Positions 46,679 through 57,075 of a DNA stretch of 64,000 nucleotides are shown here, one piece after another; within the stretch, counting starts at the first letter, position 1; the number at the start of each line of letters is the position of its first letter. The DNA is taken from the IMG/VR virus record IMGVR_UViG_3300031994_000063; one strand, 5' to 3'. Origin of the DNA: a virus. Lineage: Duplodnaviria > Heunggongvirae > Uroviricota > Caudoviricetes. A program made the translations under genes and the position numbers. Under the pieces are notes generated by a model that saw only the letters and a program-made list of their open reading frames with translations, made no database searches and was not told where the DNA came from.

Positions 46679-46680
46679 AA

Positions 46681-47043
46681 ATGAATGAAAATGAAAACGT
46701 CAGTAATATTCTATCTCATACAATAATAGAGAGAAAAGCATGTGATAAGTGGAACTCAAAAACCATACAAGAAAGAATACACGCAAGTTATAAGTATAAA
46801 CACATTTTTGTAAAATACAATCTGCCATCTAATGATTGGACTAATAAATTTGACGAATTAACAAATCATCAGAGGAATATTTTGCTTAAAGGTGAATTAA
46901 TTAGGACTTATGACTCTTTGCCAAATATAGATAAAACCAAAATCAAACGTGAATTTGGTTTGTCTCATTTTTCAAGTAAATGGTTTAAGCTTTCTCCGCG
47001 TGATAAAAAGAAACTTCTAAATTCTGTATTACACAATGCGTAA
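46681..47043 (+). CDS. hypothetical protein
   Basis: 120-aa ORF. No motifs recognised. Confidence 0.45.
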   Translation: MNENENVSNILSHTIIERKACDKWNSKTIQERIHASYKYKHIFVKYNLPSNDWTNKFDELTNHQRNILLKGELIRTYDSLPNIDKTKIKREFGLSHFSSKWFKLSPRDKKKLLNSVLHNA

Positions 47044-47281
47044 GAAAGTAAAAAATGTAAATAGAGATATTAGAGACATTTGTTATTTTATTACCCATGT
47101 CAAAGAGATTGATTTCAGAATTAGTCTCATTAAAGAACTTGGGTATAAGATAGGCGTTAATGTTGCCACTGAAGACTGTAAAGAAAAGGATATTACAATT
47201 GGTAAAAGAAAAGAAACAAGAATTCAGATTGAGCCTAAAATCAAACATTCGCCGCTAGTAAGATGTGCGATAGTAGAGTAA
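47036..47281 (+). CDS. hypothetical protein
   Basis: 81-aa ORF. No motifs recognised. Confidence 0.4.
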   Translation: MRKKVKNVNRDIRDICYFITHVKEIDFRISLIKELGYKIGVNVATEDCKEKDITIGKRKETRIQIEPKIKHSPLVRCAIVE

Positions 47282-47345
47282 TTCTGAGTTAAAAAAAGTT
47301 AAAGTATATATTAATAATTTGTTTAATTAAAAAATTTTTATATCT

Positions 47346-48803
47346 TTGCGAAAACTTATTAAATTAATAATAGAAATGGCTGACTCAAACACTTTAAATG
47401 AGAATGGCAATGTTGTTGCCAACACACCTTCTGAGGAAAATATTCCTACGCAAGAGGTAAAGACAAAAGAAAATGACTCTAACGAGAATGTAGAGAATAA
47501 AGATGAAAACAAAACATCTTCTAACACTGTTGCTACTGACAACAATGCTAATTCTTCAACTGAGTCAAAGTCCAATGAGAATGTAGAGGAGACACTTCCA
47601 GAAGACCCAAGGGATGATGATATGAAACTCCTTTACTTGGATAAAGAATTCGTATACGAGTGCATGGCTGTACCAACTCATTCTAAGAAAGAGTATCGTA
47701 TGGTTACATTCATTATGCTATGGGCTAGAAAGAATAACATTACCTATGAGTTTGATGACTTCGGTAACATCTACCTCACAAAGGGTGAACTTGCAGAGGG
47801 AGAATTTTATCCTTGTGTAACTTCTCACTTGGACACTGTTCAAGATAGGCAAGACCCATATATCTATGCTGGCGTTCCTCTTGATATTAAAACAGAGAGA
47901 ACTAAGGATGGAGACCATAAAATTAGTGTTGACTCGAATGGTGGAGCATCTATTGGTATTGGCGCTGATGACAAAGGTGGTGTCTGCATCTGTTTGACTA
48001 TGTTCAATTATGTAGATAAACTCAAGGCTTGTTTCTTCTTGGATGAGGAAACTGGATGCCACGGCTCTGACAATTTGGATGCAGAATGGTTTGAAAATGT
48101 CGGTTACGTTATTGGATTCGACTCTCCAGAACTTTATCGTGCTGCTTGGGCATGTAGCGGTGTCAAACTCTTTAGTTATGATTTCTACGCAAAGCATATG
48201 AAAGACGTATGTGACCGTTGGGGTCTTACTAAAGGATGTTTCTTCTCTGAGCCTTATACCGATGTGAAGAATATTCGGGAGAAAACGGATATTATCTGTA
48301 TGAATTTTGGTAACGGTGGCTATAATCCTCACTCTCCTACAGAGTATACAATTATAGAGGATATGGATAGTGCTTGCGGTATGGGTATTGACCTTGTTGA
48401 TAACATTGGCTGCACACAGCATAAACTCAAGAGTACTAGCAGTTGGACTAACCATACAAATAACACATACAAGCGCAACGCTGATGGTACATACAAGTGT
48501 ATCACAACTGATGACACTGAATTGCTTCGAGACCTTGGGGATAACTGCCGTAAAAGCAATTATGGATTTAGTAGCCAAACTACTCGTACAACCAACACAA
48601 CCACTACAGCCACTACAAAGAAAGAAGATGAACTCAAGTTTGAAACAGTCAAGTATATTGTCAATCGCTATGATTCACATATCCTTGGCATCAAAGAAGA
48701 TGTTCTTGAGGCGGTTAAGGCTTTGTGCGAAAAGTCTAAAGTAGAATTCAGTGAATTCGAAAAGGTTATTAATGATAAATTTAGTAACGAAATTAAATTC
48801 TAA
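47346..48803 (+). CDS. M20/M42-type metallopeptidase-like protein with low-complexity N-terminus
   Basis: CVTSHLDTVQ (HxD), GADDKGGV (GxxDDKxG) and FFLDEETGCHGS (catalytic EE) motifs. Asn/Ser/Glu-rich first ~90 aa. Confidence 0.55.
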   Translation: MRKLIKLIIEMADSNTLNENGNVVANTPSEENIPTQEVKTKENDSNENVENKDENKTSSNTVATDNNANSSTESKSNENVEETLPEDPRDDDMKLLYLDKEFVYECMAVPTHSKKEYRMVTFIMLWARKNNITYEFDDFGNIYLTKGELAEGEFYPCVTSHLDTVQDRQDPYIYAGVPLDIKTERTKDGDHKISVDSNGGASIGIGADDKGGVCICLTMFNYVDKLKACFFLDEETGCHGSDNLDAEWFENVGYVIGFDSPELYRAAWACSGVKLFSYDFYAKHMKDVCDRWGLTKGCFFSEPYTDVKNIREKTDIICMNFGNGGYNPHSPTEYTIIEDMDSACGMGIDLVDNIGCTQHKLKSTSSWTNHTNNTYKRNADGTYKCITTDDTELLRDLGDNCRKSNYGFSSQTTRTTNTTTTATTKKEDELKFETVKYIVNRYDSHILGIKEDVLEAVKALCEKSKVEFSEFEKVINDKFSNEIKF

Positions 48804-48814
48804 CAAAACGATTT

Positions 48815-51301
48815 ATGATAGGTACTAATATAAGAGGAATCAGACACTTGTTTAGGGTGTCTGATTACTCTCTTAGAAAGATTTTAGTTAGGGCTGGAGA
48901 ACATGGTTTTGACATTTGTGAGGTTTTAAAGACAAACCCAAATTCACAGATTGGTGAAAAACTGTTCATTTTCAATAATTGGTTTAATAGTCACAACTTC
49001 GGAACGTCAACCTTGGCTAGTCTTTCGAAAGAGATTGCGAATGATTTACAATCCATTAGCCATCCTAGGTTACTAGAGGTTAGTAAAGCATCAACTGGGT
49101 TTGGCGATTATGCTAGTATTCTGACTGAAATCACTCTGTTGCCAGAATCTTTCGATAAAGATTATCAAGCATTTTTGAAGGAAAATGCAAAAATGATTAG
49201 AAGCCTCTCAGATAAGTATGGTTTAAACCCAAATGATATACAATGCAAGAGATTGTATATATATACCGATGGCTCTAAGAATTTTTTCCAATGGGCTGTT
49301 GATGTATATTACAAGGCACATTGTTCTATGAGAACTATACACAATATCTTGTTATGGAATGAATATTATAAACAGTTGACAAAAAAACTTTCCAAGGGTA
49401 CAATAACTGCATATACTACACAGAGTAGCATAAACGACCTTATGGAAGAGTTGTCAATATTAAGGAACGAGAAAAGAGTTAATGACGCGATTAACGAATT
49501 TAACACAGTCCAGAAAAAATTGTTGAGAAACAACGAATTATCTGATACCGATAAAAAGACCCTTGCAAGATTCTCTAAACTTTCAGAGATAAAGAAAATA
49601 AACTTTATCAAGAAAGTGTCTACGATTGATGATTTCAATGAACTTATGCGTCAGATGAGGCATGTGACAAGTGTTCATTTTGACTGGAACAAAGACTCCT
49701 TTATGGATTTCATCAATAATGTTGAGGGAATTAATTACAAGGTAATATTTGAAAACGATTATGTAGTCTTGGTTAAAGTTGATGACTACGACACGATAAA
49801 ACAATTGGGTAAGACCACTAACTGGTGTATTTCTAAAAACAAAACATATTGGAATCAATATGTCGGTAACACTCATGGTAAATCTACCCAGTATATGATA
49901 TTTGATTTCTCAAAGTTAGAGGATGATAAACTATCCATTATTGGATTTACAACCACTCACAACAAAGGCATTACATCAGCGCATAATTTCATTAACGACA
50001 ATCTAATGGATGTTGGCCACAATCCTAACGCAACTATGCTCAAATCATATTTGGCTAGATTTGATGGTAGGAATAGCATATATAGTGTGCTGCAAAATTG
50101 TGGTATTGACATAACACTTGTTGCACATTATGATAGACCTCAATATCAGTGGGATTATGACCATTTCATGTCGTACCTTTACGAATGCGTAGATAAAAAC
50201 AATGTTGACATAATCAAACACGATGGAGATAAACTAGTACTCTCTGTCCGTGATGAGAACATCAAATATTTGTTAGGTGATGCCTACATGGATAATATTT
50301 CGTCAGATGATTATGAGTTACAGCACATCATATTTGCAGATTTTTCTATCAGCCAATATGATTCAAATAAATTGATGTTTGCCATAATATATGACGGTGG
50401 TTGTGGGGAAGATTATCCAAGCAACGTATTCAATGAGTCATCTACCCAGACACGTGCCAATTTCGATGGCAAACTGATTGAGTTTGGCGTACCTTACGAT
50501 ATTATCAGAAGGACTGATGATATTGACAAAAAAGTAAGGAATGCTTACGCATCGTTTAACACTGAGGTTTTAAAGGAATGCATAAAAGTTGACAAAAAAT
50601 GCTTGCATAGAGCAATGCATGAGTATTTTGACCAAGGCGATAATTATTCCTTCATCAATTCATCACTCGTAGATTATTTGTCTTTCGATTATCTAGATTT
50701 GGTATATGACAATGGCCATTATCTTGGAGAGTATATGGATTCCTCATATATTGCTGAAATACTGAAGAACTTGTTTAACCTTCTGAAAGGTGCTTCTAGA
50801 CAATTGTATAGGAATGCAATTCTTGAAAAACCTAGTGAAGAGAGAATACATTTGTTCTATGACGAAAAGATACCTAATCGTGATGATGTTATGTATGTTG
50901 GCTACTATCTTTTAATAAAACGTATCTTGGTCAGTGAAAACAACAGTAACAAAGTGAATTTCAATACAGCCTATGTAAAATTATTGAGTAACATTTTCAA
51001 CTCAAGCCTTAAGGGAGACCTTATAAAAGAGTTTATGTTTATGATGCTTAATAATTTGGATATGTCTAGTAAAAGGGAATCACCGTCATATATCGTTAAC
51101 TATTTCATTAGATATGGTGATGAAGAAATGCAAGAAGCAATTAAAAAACTTGCTGATAGGTATGAATGGATAAAACCAGTTTATGAAAATGCTTTGAAAT
51201 CAAAGAAAGAGCGTGAAGATTTCATTTCTCGCAATTCTGGCGCATTTGTAACCATTCCAAACATTACAGTATCAAGATTTGTAGATGACGCACCATTCTA
51301 A
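48815..51301 (+). CDS. large hypothetical protein (828 aa), paralog of the 51635 gene
   Basis: Shares block TNWCISKNKTYWNQYV..QYMIFDFSKLEDDKLSIIGFTTTHNKGITSAHNF with GWCIAREESYFKSYV..QYFLFDFSRKESDAFAHIGFTVEGGTGIVEAQTCHNY in the next gene. Confidence 0.55.
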   Translation: MIGTNIRGIRHLFRVSDYSLRKILVRAGEHGFDICEVLKTNPNSQIGEKLFIFNNWFNSHNFGTSTLASLSKEIANDLQSISHPRLLEVSKASTGFGDYASILTEITLLPESFDKDYQAFLKENAKMIRSLSDKYGLNPNDIQCKRLYIYTDGSKNFFQWAVDVYYKAHCSMRTIHNILLWNEYYKQLTKKLSKGTITAYTTQSSINDLMEELSILRNEKRVNDAINEFNTVQKKLLRNNELSDTDKKTLARFSKLSEIKKINFIKKVSTIDDFNELMRQMRHVTSVHFDWNKDSFMDFINNVEGINYKVIFENDYVVLVKVDDYDTIKQLGKTTNWCISKNKTYWNQYVGNTHGKSTQYMIFDFSKLEDDKLSIIGFTTTHNKGITSAHNFINDNLMDVGHNPNATMLKSYLARFDGRNSIYSVLQNCGIDITLVAHYDRPQYQWDYDHFMSYLYECVDKNNVDIIKHDGDKLVLSVRDENIKYLLGDAYMDNISSDDYELQHIIFADFSISQYDSNKLMFAIIYDGGCGEDYPSNVFNESSTQTRANFDGKLIEFGVPYDIIRRTDDIDKKVRNAYASFNTEVLKECIKVDKKCLHRAMHEYFDQGDNYSFINSSLVDYLSFDYLDLVYDNGHYLGEYMDSSYIAEILKNLFNLLKGASRQLYRNAILEKPSEERIHLFYDEKIPNRDDVMYVGYYLLIKRILVSENNSNKVNFNTAYVKLLSNIFNSSLKGDLIKEFMFMMLNNLDMSSKRESPSYIVNYFIRYGDEEMQEAIKKLADRYEWIKPVYENALKSKKEREDFISRNSGAFVTIPNITVSRFVDDAPF

Positions 51302-51310
51302 AAAAATAAA

Positions 51311-51343
51311 TGGTGTGTAAGGTATTTACACACCACATTTTTA
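51311..51343 (+). terminator. rho-independent terminator
   Basis: tggtgtgtaa-ggtattta-cacacca followed by ttttt. Confidence 0.5.
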
Positions 51344-51634
51344 ATCCACTTTGATTATGAAAACATTTACGTTGTTTATTGCTATTGCATTTACCGTTTT
51401 TTTTATAAACGATAAATTCAGTAAAGCAGTCAGGGTTATCGCCTTCAACGAAGATGAAACAAAACATAGTGCAATTTATTCATTTATAATGATGATGATA
51501 ATCATTATCTCATGGACAATATATTTTTCTTTCTTTTAATTTTTATTAACATAAAAAATTTTGTAGAGTAGAAAAATTATTATATCTTTGCACAAACAAA
51601 CGGAAAAAAAACAAATTTAATTCTTTTATTAAAC

Positions 51635-53695
51635 ATGACTTATAATAAAAAACAGATGCAGCCTTTGATTGATAAGTATGGCATCAATCCAGAGACTAAC
51701 AAATTGTTTATTAAAGTATGTGAAATGTTCGATGGTCAGTCAAACTACCAGATTTGGGCTGTTAGAATGATATTCTCTCAGTCAATGACCTTTGAAGAGT
51801 TGGAAACCATTCACACTTGGATTACTACCAACAGTAACATGATTAACAAACTCGAAAAGCAGAATGTTGTATCATACTCTAATAAAAGTGGAGTTGCCCA
51901 GTTACTTAAAGAGATTAAGGGTCTTGAACGTATTGCTTTTGTTAAGAATATTATCTCTCATTTCAATACTGAGCAGAAAAAGATTCTGACTGAATCTATT
52001 TTGGGTAAGGAATACACTCCAATTGAGGCGTATGAGAATGCAAACCTTAAAAAATGGTATGACGTTTTCAAGACGTTCAATAAAAAACCTATGAATATTA
52101 AGAACAAGTTCTACAGCAGTAGTTCTGCTCTTAAAAACGCTGCATCACTCCATCAAGCAATTCTAGATTGTCTCAACCAAACTTATGATTGGAAAGAGGG
52201 CAAAGAAGACCTTCTTGCTTACATTGAACACAATGCAAAAGACTGCGAAGTGGTTTTCAATGAAGGACCATGCGTGGTAGTTTATGTTCCGTCATTCCAA
52301 TCTAGTCATAATTTGTGTGGTAACGGACGTACTGGTTGGTGCATCGCTCGTGAAGAGTCCTATTTTAAAAGTTATGTGACAAGTAAATCGAACCGTAGTC
52401 AATATTTCTTGTTCGATTTTAGCAGAAAAGAAAGTGATGCATTTGCACACATTGGTTTTACTGTTGAGGGTGGAACTGGCATTGTTGAAGCACAAACTTG
52501 CCATAACTATCCAATGATTAATCCTTACACACAAGGCAACGAAAGTCTAAGCATTTATAATGTATTCGATAAGTTCGGCATTAAAATGAGCACTTTCATG
52601 CGTTTGCCTAAAGAACTAGGATTCACTTGGAATATTACCGATATTATAGCGATGGTCAAAAAATCTCCAGAATCATTTGCTATTGCATATGAGCGCGATG
52701 GACGTTTGATTATAAATGTCCTTAACTCTAGAGTGTTCAATGATTTTGTTAAGAAAACTTTTATCAAAACCAACAATTTTAACGCCATTGACAATAACAA
52801 CAAAACCTATTTGTTTATGGATTTTAACCTTCCGATAAACAATGAAAGGTCACTGATTGCAATGCAATATCGCAAAGATATGTATGGGTCGTTGTCTTTG
52901 TCTAGGATGTATGACATTTTTGGTGCTGATATTTCAAAAGAAGGATATTTATCAAAAATTGGTATTTCTACAGATGAGTATCTAAATCGTGAGGCAATTG
53001 ACCCATCAATCCTTCTTCACAAACTCATTGATGAGAACGATGAGATTGGGGCCATCAAGTTGATTGAGAAAGAACGTGGTAAAATAAATGTTAACTATGA
53101 ATTTAACCAGAGAATTCCTATTTTCTCAGCAATAACTAACAAAATGTTCAAACTTTTTGACACTATTGTTAATTGTGAAGGATTTAACTCACAAATTGAG
53201 GATGGTTTTGGCGAAACTTTGCTTCAGTCATTAATCTATTTGCATGGAAGCGATGAGGTTGCAAGTTCAGAAGAGGATAACAAGATATTGACTAATATGA
53301 TTAAGTCAATCCTTTCTAGTAAAAACTTTAATCTTGCGGCAAAAGACATCAATAACGATTGCGCTCTTAATACTGCTTGTGAGTATACAAATGAGGTCTG
53401 GATTGTAAAAGAACTAGTTTCCAATAAAAGTGTTGATGTAAACGTTGTTAACGAATTTGATTGCACGGCTGTCGGTAATTGTATCAGAAACAACAACCTT
53501 GAGGCGCTTAAAGTTCTTGGACAACGACCAGATTTGAAAATAAGAAAAGAGGATAAAAGTTTGGCAAAAGAATTCGGTATTAATTTGGACGAATACATAA
53601 AGCCAACTGACTCAATATTCGGAAAGTATACTACTGAAAAAGTAGGTGCTTTCGCTGAAGAAGAGGAATTGGAACTAGAGCTAACAAGAGCATAA
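51635..53695 (+). CDS. large hypothetical protein (686 aa) with C-terminal ankyrin-like repeats, paralog of the 48815 gene
   Basis: Shared ~80-aa block (see 48815). C-terminal DGFGETLLQSLIYLHGSDEV ... DCTAVGNCIRNNNLEALKVLG fits the ankyrin repeat pattern. Confidence 0.55.
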   Translation: MTYNKKQMQPLIDKYGINPETNKLFIKVCEMFDGQSNYQIWAVRMIFSQSMTFEELETIHTWITTNSNMINKLEKQNVVSYSNKSGVAQLLKEIKGLERIAFVKNIISHFNTEQKKILTESILGKEYTPIEAYENANLKKWYDVFKTFNKKPMNIKNKFYSSSSALKNAASLHQAILDCLNQTYDWKEGKEDLLAYIEHNAKDCEVVFNEGPCVVVYVPSFQSSHNLCGNGRTGWCIAREESYFKSYVTSKSNRSQYFLFDFSRKESDAFAHIGFTVEGGTGIVEAQTCHNYPMINPYTQGNESLSIYNVFDKFGIKMSTFMRLPKELGFTWNITDIIAMVKKSPESFAIAYERDGRLIINVLNSRVFNDFVKKTFIKTNNFNAIDNNNKTYLFMDFNLPINNERSLIAMQYRKDMYGSLSLSRMYDIFGADISKEGYLSKIGISTDEYLNREAIDPSILLHKLIDENDEIGAIKLIEKERGKINVNYEFNQRIPIFSAITNKMFKLFDTIVNCEGFNSQIEDGFGETLLQSLIYLHGSDEVASSEEDNKILTNMIKSILSSKNFNLAAKDINNDCALNTACEYTNEVWIVKELVSNKSVDVNVVNEFDCTAVGNCIRNNNLEALKVLGQRPDLKIRKEDKSLAKEFGINLDEYIKPTDSIFGKYTTEKVGAFAEEEELELELTRA

Positions 53696-53704
53696 TTAAC
53701 ATCA

Positions 53705-53751
53705 AATGAGTGATGAATAAAAAAAATAATTTCATCACTCATTTTTTTTTA
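53705..53751 (+). terminator. rho-independent terminator
   Basis: aatgagtgatgaa ... ttcatcactcatt followed by ttttttttt. Confidence 0.6.
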
Positions 53752-53834
53752 TCTTTTAATTTGTTTTTTAAGAAAAAAAAACATATCTTTGCAAAAAGAA
53801 AATTTTATGTTAAACAATTAAAACCTAATTTGTT

Positions 53835-55250
53835 ATGAAAATTTATGATTATGGTAAAATCAAGACTTGTTTAATATGCGGAAGCATTAATGGGAATGTT
53901 GACCATTTTGTTAAAATGATTGTTGGTAGTCTAACCGACATAAGAAAGTATAAAGTCGAGCAGCACCCAAAAGAAATAGAAAGACAAGAAAGGATTAGAA
54001 GAAAACAAGAAGAAGAGGCTCAAGTATTGGCTGATAGACGCGACCCATTTGGCATAGGTGGCGGCATTCCACACCCTCATGACCAGCATGGCAATACCAT
54101 TAGAAGGTATGCGAAGAAAATAAGCAAAATGCCGAGGTCTTGTGGCTATCTTTTAGATAACACTGTGTTAATTGTCAATGGCTCAAATACATTTGGTCAA
54201 AACGATTTGAAATATTATTATGACAAATTTAATATGCTAAATGATGTGTTAGCCGACAATAACACGCATATCCTATTTGTGAGAGGTAATGATGACCCTA
54301 AATATTTTACGGATGAATTACTTAATCTTAGTAATGTGAAAACTATTCAAGATTATTCTGTAATTAAACTAAGCAAGTTCAACTGTTTATGTATCGGTGG
54401 TCAAGTTTCATTGGACAGACTTTGGAAATCTGAGCAAGAAAAAAGAATAGGTAAGAAAATGTTTTGGGAAAATGAGAAGATGATGTTTGACGAAAATGCT
54501 ATAAACGAAATATTTTCCAAGCACAAAATATCTTGTATTGTTACACCTAGTTCCCCATCATTTGCATATCCAGGAACAAACGTTTTCAAGAAAAGCCCTT
54601 GGGTCGCAAAAGATAAATCTCTTTTAAATGACCTTAACGATGAAAGGGTAATGATGGATAGAATATATAATAAAATCATTGAAAGTAAAAGCAAGCCTTA
54701 TATGTGGGCTTACAGTAGGTTTGATACTTCTAATCAATCTATGATTAATGATATGTTATTTCAATCATTGTGTCCGTTTCAGTTTCTCAACTTTAATGAC
54801 ACAGCCGCAGAATTCTTTAACATCGACTTTTCTAAACAACTTAAAGAAAATGAATTTTCGTCAAATGGCGAAATGGTTAAAAAATCTTATACCATTTCAT
54901 CGTCAATAGGAGATTTTAGGAATGCCTTTAATGATGATGACATTTTTGGTGTAGCTGACGAAGAAATTGACGAAGATGACCATGCTGAAGAGGGTAATGA
55001 ACAAGAAGAAATGGGAGATTTTGAAATGGCAAATCCAAATATGGAAATGGCGCAAGTTGAGGCTGAAAATGTCAATGAAATGAATGGAGTACCGTATTTA
55101 GGTGATACGATACATTGGGAACCTGGACGCTATGCAATACTTGAAGATAATATAGCAGCACCAACTCTTGATATGGATGTGGCAACTGCTGAGAGAGCAG
55201 TGCCCTATGAAATATTTCGAGAAAGCGTTGACGTAGCATTAAGGCAATAA
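53835..55250 (+). CDS. metallophosphoesterase-like protein (degenerate motifs), acidic C-terminus
   Basis: ICGSINGNVDHF and HILFVRGNDDP loosely resemble calcineurin-like phosphoesterase motifs (GDxHG, GNH[DE]). C-terminal 100 aa very acidic. Confidence 0.3.
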   Translation: MKIYDYGKIKTCLICGSINGNVDHFVKMIVGSLTDIRKYKVEQHPKEIERQERIRRKQEEEAQVLADRRDPFGIGGGIPHPHDQHGNTIRRYAKKISKMPRSCGYLLDNTVLIVNGSNTFGQNDLKYYYDKFNMLNDVLADNNTHILFVRGNDDPKYFTDELLNLSNVKTIQDYSVIKLSKFNCLCIGGQVSLDRLWKSEQEKRIGKKMFWENEKMMFDENAINEIFSKHKISCIVTPSSPSFAYPGTNVFKKSPWVAKDKSLLNDLNDERVMMDRIYNKIIESKSKPYMWAYSRFDTSNQSMINDMLFQSLCPFQFLNFNDTAAEFFNIDFSKQLKENEFSSNGEMVKKSYTISSSIGDFRNAFNDDDIFGVADEEIDEDDHAEEGNEQEEMGDFEMANPNMEMAQVEAENVNEMNGVPYLGDTIHWEPGRYAILEDNIAAPTLDMDVATAERAVPYEIFRESVDVALRQ

Positions 55251-55265
55251 ATGTAGGAGGAGAAA

Positions 55266-56033
55266 ATGGCACAAACCAATAGCAAATTTTATTCGTTGAT
55301 GGTTGTCGGCGAAAACCCTAAAAGCATAGTGGAAAAATATGGTTCTGAATACAAAACAGAACCATATGTAAAATACAAATATCTAAATGCTAAAAAATAT
55401 CAAGATACAGCAATTAAAACACTTGATACTATGTTAGCAAATATTGACAAAATAGGTTTACCGCCAACAACCAAAGAGGCTTTGGAAAATAGGCTAGACA
55501 CCATCAAAAAACTATCTCCATTTGAATACTACAGAGAACTTACCGATGGTATGTACTATAATGAAAATGGGGATGCATTATCAGAAGAAAACCCAAACGT
55601 TAAGTATAATACTTGTAGGATAGGGCGCAATTTCTGTATACCATTGAAATTGAAAGATGGGTCAGAATCATATAGCGCACTTGCTAAAGACGTTGATTGG
55701 GATGCGATGAATGGCGCTAACAAAGAGGTATATGAATCTGCTTGGGAACTTGTGGTCGATGGTAGAGAGCCACAGAACGACCAAGAGAAGACCATTTACG
55801 AATCAATGAAGGATAGGGAAGCATACTTTGAGAACTTCAAGTCAAAAGAGTCTTACGTTACCTATAGCACAGCATACTGGAATTATGCCTACGCTGATAA
55901 GAATGGATGGGTTGATGTTGACGATGATGGAAATGAGGAAAGATGGATAAATGAATTCTATTCTAGATTCGTTGAAAAACTGAAACCAAATGACCTTGTA
56001 TCCATTTTTGAATGTTCAATCAATAATGGTTAA
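55266..56033 (+). CDS. hypothetical acidic protein
   Basis: 255-aa ORF. Terminator follows at 56047-56081. Confidence 0.5.
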   Translation: MAQTNSKFYSLMVVGENPKSIVEKYGSEYKTEPYVKYKYLNAKKYQDTAIKTLDTMLANIDKIGLPPTTKEALENRLDTIKKLSPFEYYRELTDGMYYNENGDALSEENPNVKYNTCRIGRNFCIPLKLKDGSESYSALAKDVDWDAMNGANKEVYESAWELVVDGREPQNDQEKTIYESMKDREAYFENFKSKESYVTYSTAYWNYAYADKNGWVDVDDDGNEERWINEFYSRFVEKLKPNDLVSIFECSINNG

Positions 56034-56046
56034 AAAAATTAAAAAA

Positions 56047-56081
56047 ACGTGAGATAATTTTGCTGTCTCACGTTTTTTTCA
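56047..56081 (+). terminator. rho-independent terminator
   Basis: acgtgagata ... tctcacgt followed by ttttttt. Confidence 0.55.
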
Positions 56082-56114
56082 TATATTTGCATTAACGTAA
56101 AATGTAAACTAATT

Positions 56115-57074
56115 ATGGCTGAAAATACACTGTTATTTAAACAATTTAGAAGTAAATTTGTCAAAGACTTCAATTTGCCCATCCAAGTTGTCCAATCGCC
56201 TTATTTTGACGAACATATAAAACTACTTGAGGATGATTGTGGGGCAAATACAAAATATCTCACCTTGTTAGAAACTGTTAGAGATAAATTTGACGGTAAT
56301 ATGCAGAAATTCCTTGAGTATCGGCATATCATTGAAGACCAAATATTAGCCTATATACTAAATTCTGAGGCTTACAAGGAGTTTAATAACGATAAGAACA
56401 CAATTCCCTCAGAAACACCAATTGTAGGCTCTAGAGAACTCTATACGAAAGAACAAGATGGATGCTTTTTCATATCCTATGATATGATTAAGGCAAATTT
56501 CCAAGCATTGAGGTATGCAAATCCAGCAATTGTAAGGGATTGCAACACATATGAAGAGTTTATTGGCAAGTTTACTGACATCGAATATTTTGCCCATGCA
56601 AAACAACTTAGGCAAGTAATATTCGGTAAACTAAATGGCAAAAGAACTGCTTCGATTGAGAAATTAATTTCAAATAGATTCGCAAAAGAATATAGTCAGA
56701 GATTAGGAATATATGGATTTGAACCATATTCAATTAAAACTGATGAAATTATCTTCAAGTTTGATTGTAGTGAATCAGAATTTGAATCTTTTCACTCTTC
56801 TGACATAGAATTCAGTGGATTTAAATTCCGTGTGAACAAATTTAAACTTATGTCTCAAGACTTCAAACGTGGAGTTTCTGACAGAATTGTCACGGCATAT
56901 ATTAAAGAAGATTATTTAAATGGCAGGAAACACACTTTACATTGCGTTCCTGACACTTATTACCCACAAGTGTATAAACTACTCAATGGGATGGAAATAA
57001 CGCCATCAGATTTAGTTTTCTACTATGAACACGAATTGGCTAAATTTATGTATCCGTTAGAAATGATAAAATAA
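56115..57074 (+). CDS. hypothetical protein
   Basis: 319 aa. Promoter cacgtttttttcatatatttgcattaacg upstream. Confidence 0.5.
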   Translation: MAENTLLFKQFRSKFVKDFNLPIQVVQSPYFDEHIKLLEDDCGANTKYLTLLETVRDKFDGNMQKFLEYRHIIEDQILAYILNSEAYKEFNNDKNTIPSETPIVGSRELYTKEQDGCFFISYDMIKANFQALRYANPAIVRDCNTYEEFIGKFTDIEYFAHAKQLRQVIFGKLNGKRTASIEKLISNRFAKEYSQRLGIYGFEPYSIKTDEIIFKFDCSESEFESFHSSDIEFSGFKFRVNKFKLMSQDFKRGVSDRIVTAYIKEDYLNGRKHTLHCVPDTYYPQVYKLLNGMEITPSDLVFYYEHELAKFMYPLEMIK

Positions 57075-57075
57075 A

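Noticed and set aside
47718-48578. Minus-strand 286-aa ORF
   Set aside because: Fully antisense to the plus-strand M20/M42-like gene, which has clear catalytic motifs. No promoter is present, and the whole region is otherwise plus-strand coded.
53236-53742. Minus-strand 168-aa Ser-rich ORF
   Set aside because: Antisense to the 3' end of the 686-aa ankyrin-containing gene. The low-complexity Ser/Leu composition is typical of reverse-frame artefacts.
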